DNA from: Zygnema circumcarinatum SAG 698-1b
Lineage: Eukaryota; Plantae; Zygnematophyceae
Length of the DNA: 64,000 bases
Assembly: GCA_037447605.1 (NCBI GenBank)
Contig: CM074806.1
Location: forward strand, 930,001 to 994,000
Direction of reading: 5' to 3'
In this document: piece by piece, positions 11,429 to 21,680 of the stretch
Layout of the letters: each line of letters begins with the position of its first letter
How positions within the stretch are numbered: the first letter of the stretch is position 1
The notes under the pieces: model-generated
Database searches by the model: none
What the model was told of the DNA's origin: nothing
What the model saw: only the letters and a program-made list of their open reading frames with translations
Made by a program: the position numbers and the translations under genes

Positions 11429-12668
11429 ATGGCAAACACCATGGCTATGTCAGGGCTTCGTCTTGCACCCGTCAATGTGAGACCTGCAAAGCCGATACTT
11501 GATGTACAGAGTCAAAGGTGGGAAAACAGAGAATTCTCAACACATTTGACGGTGGTATGTAAGAAAAACCATCATCGCTCTCCCTGCAACAGCCGGATAT
11601 GTGGTCTAAACGCACAAGACTTGCTTCTCCATGAATTGGAAGAAGAGGTTCAAGGCTTGTCCCGGTTTCCAACGACTGCATTTCCTGATGCCTCCGAGGT
11701 AAGCACCCTACTTTCTAAGCCATCGTCACCTTTCTCTGTAATGTGCAGTCTTACTGTAGCTGTGTACAAACTATGAGAGGATCGCCTGGCGTTGCAATTG
11801 ATTAAAATTGTCTGTAGTATGATATGAGCTCAGCTGAAGATTTGTCGTCCGATTCTTGAACTTGTGGCTTGTTGGCAAGTCGGAATCCTGATAGCTGCAA
11901 GAAAATTGCTAAGCGAAACCAGTGTCATTGGGCTCCGGGGCCTTTCTGAAAGTGGTGTTTGCCTCTAGTAACAACAGCGCACTTTCTCATCGGTATGCCA
12001 TATGAATGTGCGCCTTTGCAGCCTGGTAGCCCAAGAGGAACTCACGGTGGGCCCAGAAACGCCATTGTGAATATGGGGAGGAACAATAAAATATGGGGCG
12101 CACAACACAGCGGACAATTCGAGGTAAGACGAAAAAAACTTTCTTCTGTGTAATGTATGTCCGTGTTGGGTAAACAGAGGCGAGTGTATGCACAGTGTCT
12201 TCACGAGGGGTGTGTGATGTGTGAGCCCAGCTATGTGAAGAGTATGTCGCAGTTTGCGTGATTAACGACAAGTCGGGAAGAGAGCGCCCTGGCGTCCCGT
12301 CTGATGATGCTCACAACAAGAATCTAAATCACATGTTGATGTGGTGCTATATTTCTTTTCTTGATTACCATGGATACCAACGCAAACAAGTTGACACGTT
12401 GTTTGTGTGACAGGGTGATGCGTTGGACAATGCGGAAGGATCTGAAGGCGACGTTGAGGCAGGCAGTCAGGATAAACTTCTCCTTAAGGAACACTCCGAC
12501 ACGGTTGTAACAACGGCCCAGGCTGAAACTTGCTCTCTGCGTGCTGAGGCGCAAGACCAACGTTCCAAGCAGGATCATACTCCTGAAGAAAAGGCCCTGT
12601 CCTGGCAAGAAAACCTAAGGGTCCGGATGTTCTGGCTGTTCCGCACGTTGAGCACAGTTATCGACTAA
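11429..12668 (+). CDS. Uncharacterised 208-aa hydrophilic protein with transit-peptide-like N-terminus (no family recognised)
   Basis: Exons 11429-11698, 12022-12123, 12414-12668 all join in phase 0 with strong sites (GAG|GTAAG twice; TTTGCAG|, TGACAG|), 627 nt ending TAA; probable 5'UTR intron 10963-11420. Confidence 0.7.
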
Positions 12669-13938
12669 GGCGTCCACTGCTCACCTCTGTGCCGGATCCC
12701 CTCTCTACCGCCAACGAGAGAAGACAATCAACGCCTTACAATCTGTCGACAATACTAGCTACCCTCAATGGACCTATCTGCAGGCTCCTGAGGTAGCTGC
12801 TACATAGATGTGTCAGAATACTCCCGACTTCGTCACTGACAAGTTTGTGGTTTTTCATTCCTTAGCTTGGTACTGGAGGGTACAAGAATCCCGTCCATAA
12901 CAAGCGGTGTGTCCATAAGGGGTCCGCAGATTTCAGCTTTGATTGGATGTGTCGTCTGTAGATTTGTGTAGTGCAGTGAGTGGAATGCTAAGAACTGCCT
13001 TATGTACATACGAAAATCGTCACTGCCGTTGATTTTCTGTAACTTAGAGTTTCCGGTTTGAGTACGTGATGAAAGGTTTGGTTTTTCGAGGCAGCTTTGT
13101 TTTTTGTCACAGCGATGTAGAACACCCAGTCAGATTTTGAAGTTTCAAACATAATGATATTTTGTTTTGGGATTTTGTAGTATTCGGAGAAAGTTCAAGC
13201 CCTTTCTGCTCACGCAGACCTTTTGAAAAGAAATGGAGGGTTGGAGGAGGGGTGAAGGAGAAATTTCCCTTCCATTTCACTACCTACCTCCTTCAAAGAT
13301 CTGGGTGAATGAGACTGAGATGACTTTCGAACGTGGCTTTCACTGTCGGGTTATAAATGCTCACGCGTGTACCCTGAAAAAGCGGCTGAGCAAAGCTGGT
13401 TTGAATGCTTCGTGTATTGCTAAACCATTGCTTATCGTGGATATACGGCTTTTACGGCAGGACAGACATACCATACAGACCATACAGACGGACAGACTCA
13501 ACGACCGAATACCGACAGGCAGAAAGGCAGAGGCTATCGGCAGACGGCTCTGCAAGTTATGTCATTTGACCCCTCGAGTGTGTTTGAAAAGGGAATCTAT
13601 ATTCACGTCCAGTCAATTTCAACGGTCGGAGGGGTAAAAAAGTCGAATGCAGTCCAGTACACCCAGCGTCAACGAGACCACAAACCATTTTTCCTATTGA
13701 GTTGTTTTTTCAATCGACTCCCCGGCTAACACATCTACAAGTGTGCTTCGGAGGAAAACATTGATTATACACCACTGTTGAGAGGAAGTACAAGTTTGGC
13801 AGAGAAAAGCCCATTTCTAAGCCTCAAAACGAAGGCTGAAGGCGACAGCTTCACATGAATTACTGATTTTGAAGAAACAGACTGCACTTTTATAACAGAG
13901 ATATCATCCTGCTTGCAAACATTTACATTTCCGGTCAA

Positions 13939-13990
13939 ATACACAAACGGAGAGTCCATACACAAACGGAGTGTCCATACACAAACAGAA
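13939..13990 (+). repeat. 19-bp tandem repeat (~2.6 copies)
   Basis: ATACACAAACGGAGAGTCC / ATACACAAACGGAGTGTCC / ATACACAAACAG. Confidence 0.8.
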
Positions 13991-14262
13991 CATATCGGAG
14001 CCGTCAGAAAGTTCACAAGATGATCAAAGTAATAAAATCAACGTGCAGCCTACAAACCCCGGAAGGCAAATTATCGGATAAAGAGAGAACTCTGAAATGA
14101 TGTTTCAAACAGTTATGAGAAACATATTGCTTAAATAGCAGCAGCTACGTCCAGCCCAGTGCCTCTGAGCAGTTCCTAAAACAGCAATAGTCATATACAT
14201 ATATATATACATACCCAATCCTTTCCCCAAAAATAACAGTCACTCCAGGTCAAAGCGTCAAA

Positions 14263-15538
14263 TTAGGTGTAAGTATCATCCCGCCTGTTGAAGAAACTTG
14301 CAATCACCGCAAGGATAAGGCCAAAAACGCCAAAGAAGAGAAATGCCGACACGAAGCCTCCGCCCGAAATAGCGATTGTGGGGCCGAAGGAGAAGGGCGC
14401 CCATCCTCCATAAACCACCGGAGGCCCAAAGCCGTAGACCGGCGCTGGAGCCACGAGCACTGTCGCAGGTGCCACCACCACTGAAGGCGCGGGGTTCACA
14501 TATACGTTTGTTCTGCAACCAAATAGGAAAATCACCTTCCTTCACCTTCTCAGATAAAAAGAAAGAGTCTGCAAAACTTAAGTGGACATCTTTATGGGCA
14601 AATTAACTCATCAACAAGCCTCATCCTGACAAGAATATGCGAAAAACAAAAAAGATTCAATATGTTTGACATAATAGTAGACACTCATAAATCAACATCT
14701 ATATGAGAAAGCAAATACGAGGATTATCCATATCCGTCCTTTCAATACCACAGGCTATTGCACAGAACCGTGGCAAAGATTTGAAATGCTCCAAGCCCCA
14801 AGAAGTCAACATGCGTCAGCTATCAGCATACCTCGAGTTATCAACCCGAACCGAGCTTGAATTAGCGCGGAATGCGGAGCCTCCCACGCGGCCAGAGCTG
14901 CTAGCAGCAATAGCATCGTCAACTGGCACAGCCACAATTGCTCCCGCAGCTAGAAGTGCAACAGCGGATGCAGCCATCTTCTTAACCAGAGGATTTTCAT
15001 TACTGCAGGACAATGAGATAGAAAGGAGAGGGTTAGAATCGCCGACTCTTGCTCTCTCTCTCTCTCGCGATGCTTCCCAAACCAAATCCGCTCATTGTAT
15101 TCCCTCAGCTTTACGGTCGGACCACTATGGAAATGACATTGAGTATTAAGCATTATGGTAGACGACGTCAAAGACTGCCTACGAGGTTTTTGAAAGATGT
15201 TACAGTATTCACAACTCATCAGAAATCTTCACGTTTAAGATCCAGGAATTTGAGCAGATAATGTCCCGTCAGAAATTTCGAATATTCAAAGTCATCACTT
15301 CAGCATTGACAACTTGAGCACAGTCTTGCAGGAGATACCTCTGTCGGCCGGCCTCCTCCCCGACCTCCTGATGCACTGCCCTGGCTTGCAGCCCATGCAA
15401 ATTTTTCCTCGCTTTTTTAAACGGCAAGAGTCCACATTGACTCTCAGAAGAAATGACTCCACTCTTAAAAACCTTCTGACCAACAAACAGGGAGCTTCCT
15501 CCGACAGCAGCAGAAGAGAGCGCGAGACTCGCTACCAT
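14263..15538 (-). CDS. At5g57345/OxR-like small plastid-type membrane protein, copy 2, 206 aa
   Basis: Exons 15538-15339, 15002-14832, 14512-14263 join in frame (both introns phase 2; 621 nt), the same architecture as copy 1. Contains AVALLAAG...DAIAASSSGRVGGSAFR, SRTNVYVNP, C-terminal TM helix and RRDDTYT tail. Confidence 0.8.
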
Positions 15539-16024
15539 GGCTGCCGAAGAAGCTGTCAGGAACCAACCGTTCTTCAACTACGAAACCCAACCGGTTCGTT
15601 GTAATTGTAGCCACCAAATGCAGGGCGGGCGCCATAGCTCCTTCTCATAGAAGGAGGGTCCCCCCCTCCGCGCGCTGCACCTCGGCCGAAAACTAAGGAA
15701 AGAGTAAGGGTATCGTTCGGGACAATTCCAGCCCCTTTCGAAGCCTGCTCACACGGCGTGGCAGGACAAATGCGTTCACACGAGAGTCCGGGACGCGCGG
15801 GAAACGTTTTTGAGTTGGCAAACCACGTCGGAAATTTCGGTCATTTCGGGCTTTTCGGGTTTAGGGTTAGCCTCGCTTTTGGCCGTGGACCCCGCAGAAT
15901 CCCGAAAAGTGGATCTGGACGCGGCCGGCGGGGACGGGACCTTAGTCAACGGAATACAAGGCGGTTGACCGAATGACCGGGCCGCCGGGTCGGTCGGTTG
16001 ACCTCTGCACTCTGAAAGCGCTCG

Positions 16025-16203
16025 ATAACGTCACGTCGTAAGGCTGGATATGAAGTCACACAAAGATCGGAGATAAAGTCACACTGGAAAACAGGCAATA
16101 AAGTCACAAGTTAAAGCTACCCCAAACAAATACCTCGATAAAGTAAAGTTCTAATATGAAACGGTTGCCCGCCGTGACCGCGTGTGCGCTATAAAGTCAC
16201 ACT
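16025..16203. promoter_or_regulatory. Cluster of ATAAAGTCAC motifs in the divergent OxR2/polyol-transporter promoter
   Basis: Exact ATAAAGTCAC at 16073, 16098 and 16191; variants ATAACGTCAC at 16025 and ATGAAGTCAC at 16050; telobox-like GGGTTTAGGGTT at 15857-15868 nearby. Confidence 0.45.
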
Positions 16204-16489
16204 GTCTCCTAGACCCCGATTGCACGCACAGGGCCATGGCGCCATGGCCTCTCCTCCTGTTTGCCGCAGAATGGGGTGGCTGCCAGGGGGAAGTGCTCCG
16301 AAGAATCGACGCACACTCGATAACGTGATTGATTGCAGCAGCGTGTACTAGCTTGGACCTGAAATCGTCACGTCTGCAATCAGGATTGCATTGTTGTTTT
16401 GCAATCTGATATCGTCTCGAAAATGGTAGACTGCTCTGCTTTATTTCATATGCACTATTAGTTTTTCATGTTCTTCTGGAGACAGTGAG

Positions 16490-19400
16490 ATGTCGAGTGA
16501 TCCAGTCGGCAGAAGCCGTGTCAAATGGTCTGCCTATGAAAAGTTGCCAGCTGCAGGAGCGGCAGCCGTTCCAAGAGCGCTCGGAGTGAACCGCTATGTG
16601 CTGCTGGCTGCTCTGCTCGCATCCATCTCCTCAGCTTTGCTTGGATATGGTGCGATTGACATCCTCAGGACCTGAAAGAACTAATGATGTCAAGAAGTCT
16701 TTTCAATTTTGCAAATTTGAAGTTACTCTTTTGCTGGCTGAAGACGAGAGTACGCTGAGAACGGAAATTCTGAAACCTGAACATGGCACATGTATGACTT
16801 GGCTGCTTAGCAAATTGGTATGACTTAGTAAATGCACTTATGACGCATGAAAGACTTCAGAGGCGTTCACGATGCCGTGAGAGGGTCACCTACATTCAAA
16901 TACACCGCGTTGGATCGCAGCCAGTAAATATCTCATACTTTGGGGAAGATCTACAAGTTAGAATCGCCCTCCATTTAGTCAAGCAGTGCGACAGATTTCT
17001 TTGTTTGATTTCAAAAGCAAACAGTTCGGATTTCTTTTCTGTTTAAAAATAGTGCTTTTTGTTTTTTGGATTAGCACAGAACGGGAGCAACTTGACCGTA
17101 AACTCGTTGTTGCTTATAGTTTGCATCTTGTGTCGTGCACGAAATCAGTGAAACAGCATGTTGTTAATATTAGACTTATCAGAAATAGAACATGGCAAGC
17201 TCACCTTTTATTATAGACATACATAACCAAGCACACGTGTTTCTCATGTATTATGGGGCACTCAGCATGCCGAAAAAAATCTACATACAAAAAATGCGAA
17301 GTGTCCACTCCTTGAACGATCATCTCTTGATGCTGCGGATGAACTTCAGCATGAAAATTGGAGTAAATGCTTGATCTTGACAAATTTAACAACCTCTCTT
17401 AATAATACATGAAGGCTTAAAACAGCTATATCCACTTTCATTTTTCTGGCAGAGTAAAAGCTATTTGACAAATGAAAAGCAGTGGCGGGAAAGTAGTGAT
17501 AAGAAACTGAATTCAGTAGTTTAAAAAACTGGCATTAGATTTGTACATGGTTCTTAAGTATCTACTTGATGGATTCAACAGATGTTGGAGTTACGACCGG
17601 TTCTCTCCTCTTTATTGAAGAGCACTTTGGGCTTGGAGACTTCCAGAAGGTATGGTTTACTTTCTTTCTTCCTTGAAAATTGAATGATCATGTGTACCTC
17701 CACCAGCTGCTTCATAGCTGCTTCGTTCTTCACTGCTTTCATCGCTGTTTCTCAAAACTTGGTATGAGAGCCGAAGACCAGGCACGTTCATGTGAAGGGA
17801 AGGGGATAACCTTGTATAGATTGGGAGAGCAGTATCCAAAAGCAAAGTCTTTCCAGATTTTGAGCAAGTCATTTCATCTTAAGAAAAGCAGCCTAATATG
17901 CAGATTACAGTACTTTGATGGATGCACTAAACTTGACAGAAACCTTTGCCTTATCGGGGTCTCGGCCTCTGTTGCCCTCTGTTGAAATCAATGTGTGTCC
18001 CCCATTTCAACCAAGATTGTGGAGTGTGCCCCATTCACGAGACTTCTTTATCACCGTGTTCGTCTTCAACAGGAACTTTTTGTCAGCTCCCTCAGTCTCG
18101 TGTCTCTTGTGGGAGCCCTCATTTCTGGCCGTTTATCCGATGCCATTGGTCGGCGCTACACCATTGCTTTTGCGGCAGCAGTGTTCCTCACTGGGGCGAT
18201 CATGATGGCACTCGCTCCAACATTCACTTTTCTTATGGTAGGCCGGTTGGTGACCGGCATAGGCGTGGGATTCGGTTTCACTATTGCTCCTGTATATACC
18301 GCTGAACTTGCGCCCCCCAGTTTCCGGGGCTTTCTCGTCTCTCTCTCTGAGGTTTTCATTAACATTGGGATTCTCATAGGTTACATTGTCAGCTACGCCC
18401 TCAAAGGCCTGCCAGAAGACACAAACTGGCGATGGATGCTGGCCGTTGCAGGAGTGCCAGCTGTCGCTATGGGATTGGGAGTCATTGGAATGCCGGAGTC
18501 ACCCCGATGGCTAGTCATGGAAGGGAGAGTGGAGGAGGCATTGATCATCTTGGAGAAAAGTTCTAACCTGCCTGAAGAAGCTGCCATTCGGCTTGCAGAG
18601 ATTGTAGAGGCGGCCGGACTTACTAATTTTGTTGAGAGAGGAAACCTCCATGGAGAGTGGGAAAGAATACGACCGTTTCAGGAGAATTTGCGAGTCACCT
18701 TGAGCCGGTGTGTGGGTGGCCAAGGGGATGGAGCGAAAGTGAAAGAGAAAGTGGGAAAGGATGGGACTGAAGGTGGAGGAGAGGGGGAGTGGGAGAGTGA
18801 AAGAGAGGCAGGAAGTAATGGTCTGGTTGGGGAACGGTTGGCTCAAAAGAATGAGGAAGAAGGTGGAATGGCGGAAGGAGAGGGAAGGGCTGAATTGCTG
18901 GGAGGAACAAAGGTGTGCGGAAACGGTGTATGGAAGGAGCTCTTGTATCCGACACCCGCTGTGAGGAAGATGTTGGTCGTCTCACTGGGGACTAACTTTT
19001 TCCAACAGGTGAGAATTAGGAAGCATTGCTAATAAATTCCCTTTTTACTGTTTTCATACAACACATCATTACTGCCGAATGGACCCGATGGAATGAATAT
19101 ACGATCTCCCAGTTGTTAGAGAAAAATGGCCATTATAGTGCATTTATGAAGGGCCTTCGCTGTAATATATCACTTTCCGTTCATATCTTGTGAGACCAAA
19201 GAGAATGGGAGAACATATGCAAACAGCTCTTTGTCAATGCCATAGACATGAGCAATGTGAAACATGGGGACGCGACGACGCCATTTCAGTTTGAGTCAGC
19301 CTTTTCGTTTGAGATCTTGTATCCTCGTCTTTGTCTCCTTTTTCGTTTTTGCATGTCGAGCATTCCACTGGGTTTTGGCTGGCCACTAAGTATCCATCAA

Positions 19401-20595
19401 GATAATTTCTAAATTTGTGTGTTTTTCTCATTTTGCTTGTCACAAATTTTCGTCCGTGTTTCCCGTTTTGCAGGTTACTGGCATCGATGCTGCAGTGTAT
19501 TACAGTCCTGTAATGTTCCGATTGGCTGGAATCACCAGTAGGACAGGGCTACTTGCTGCCACGGTGGCAGTAGGCGTGACAAAAGTCACGTTTACATGCA
19601 GCGCAATGCTTCTTCTAGATCGCTTTGGGAGGCGGCCGCTGCTCCTCACCAGCGCCACAGGTACGACTCTCAGGGCTTTCTGTCAAGGTTTTTTTATGCT
19701 TTAGAGAATTTAGTTGAAGGGCCATGAAGCGTGGCCTGAGGTGGGTAGAGCAGTTGGGATGGTGGTCTCCCTCTCAGGTTTCTCTAGGTTATACTTACTC
19801 TTCCTATCTCCCATTTGTTTGGCAGTTATCAACGGGGTGGAGAAGATCATCCTCTTATGCATTTTCTGGGGTGCGAGGCCAGCATTTTTTTTTTCCTTCA
19901 TGAGACAGTTAGTGACGGGTGCAGTGTAACTTGCTCTGGCTGTGCTTACAGGAATGACAATCTCCCTCCTGATTGAGAGCTTGGGCTTCTTGCTTCTGCG
20001 ACAAGGTGGACAGCTCAATAGCTCTACTTGGCTTGCTGGAGGAGGAGCTGCAGCACCAACCATCACAATACTGGCCATGTGTACGTTTGTAGCGTCCTTT
20101 GCTATTGGTATTGGACCCATCAATTGGGTCCTGACATCGGAGATATTTCCCCTTCGACTTCGAGCCCAAGCTTTTGGCCTTGGAACTGCAGTCAACCGAC
20201 TGGCAAGTGGAACTGTCGCTTTGACCTTTCTCAGCATTGGAAATGCTGTGAGTCCTGCGGGATGCTTTCTTATTTTTGCGTGCATGGGGGCCCTGTCTAT
20301 CGTCTTTTTCTACGTCTACGCACCTGAAACTAAGGGGAAAACATTGGAGGAGATTGCTCAATATTTTGAGCAAAGCGGGGAAGAAGTTGCCCCACGCAGT
20401 AAGCGAGGGGAGGCTTCCTCGCTGTTGGAGATACCTCTAGCGGAAAACGTCAACTCAGAAAAACTGGGCGATGAAGACAGAGAGAAGTGTGAGACAGCTC
20501 CCACCTCTACCACGGAAGGAAGGACTCCTTCCAATGTTATGAGCAAGTTGAAGGCTATTGGAAACCGAGGGGATTCTGCCCAAGCATGGGCTTAA
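16490..20595 (+). CDS. Polyol/monosaccharide transporter (MFS sugar porter, PMT/PLT family)
   Basis: LASISSALLGY|DVGV, GRLSDAIGRR, APVYTAELAP, PESPRWL, VWKELL.P, FFQQ|VTGIDAAVYYSP, DRFGRRPLLL, GIGPINWVLTSEIFPLRLR, PETKGKTLEEI; five coding exons; TAA at 20593-20595. Confidence 0.93.
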
Positions 20596-21680
20596 GCGGT
20601 GTAGCAAACATTGTACATTATTTTGGAGACTGGCACTCTCTTCTGTGGCAGGTGATTCATTCAATCGTTCTCAGATGTAGGTCAGAATGGGATACGTGAC
20701 AGGCATCATTTCAACATGCTGCCTTTTACTCCTTATGTAGCCTGTAACCTCCATAATCGTTTTTTTGTGCTAGATAAATTAACAAATGCGTTTGTTACAA
20801 TCAACGCGTTGTAACAACTATAAACAAGATTCATTCTTTGTTTCTACGGATAAAACATTTTATGTTAGCGACACTCGGACATTGCCATCGACGCCCTCTG
20901 CCGGACACTTTCAGCTTTCCTGAAGCGAAGCTAAAAAGCTAAAGGTTCCCTTTCTTAGCAACCGCTGTTCGCCGCCTCTCGTTCATCATCACTCTTTTTC
21001 TCCCTACTTCCTTACCACCCCTTTCTCTTGCAGTATCCCGTCTCTTTCTCGATACAACCATTTTCTCTCTCCTCTCTCCCCATCCGACAAATCAGCTGTT
21101 TTTTAACCGTAGTCTTAAGTAGACGTCACAAGAGAATGGGTAGAACAAAACCTCAATAAAATTAAAAGGATACAAGGAAACGTAGAGATTTCCCATGTAC
21201 AAACCGGTATGGAGAAGTTTCCAGAATGGTTGCCATGATTATCCATCCACACGTGCCGACAAGAAAGGAGCGGATGGGTTGGGTACAATCAATGCCCTTT
21301 ACCTGAACTCTGGTCTCTCATATCACATGACACACGTCGAGCCCTTCGGAACCTCACTTGATTTCTGAAAGGGCTGCTACAACATGGCCAATTTCAGGCA
21401 CAGCGGACATAAGCTTGCAACCTTTTTATTGGTGGAGCCTGCCTGGCAGAGCGCGTGTCGCGAGTTGCGATTCGAGGGGACAACTCTTTCCGAAGGACCG
21501 AGGACCTTGAGACAGAGGAGACCATACGGCCTCCGAACACAAAGAATAAGGAGAGACGAATGAGGGTAAGGCGACAAAACTGAGAAGCAGTGCCATAATG
21601 TCTGACAGTCTGACTATGGCTGACTTGCCGACAAATATCACTGCCTCACTAGAAACTGAGACTACTGTTTATTTTCAAAA

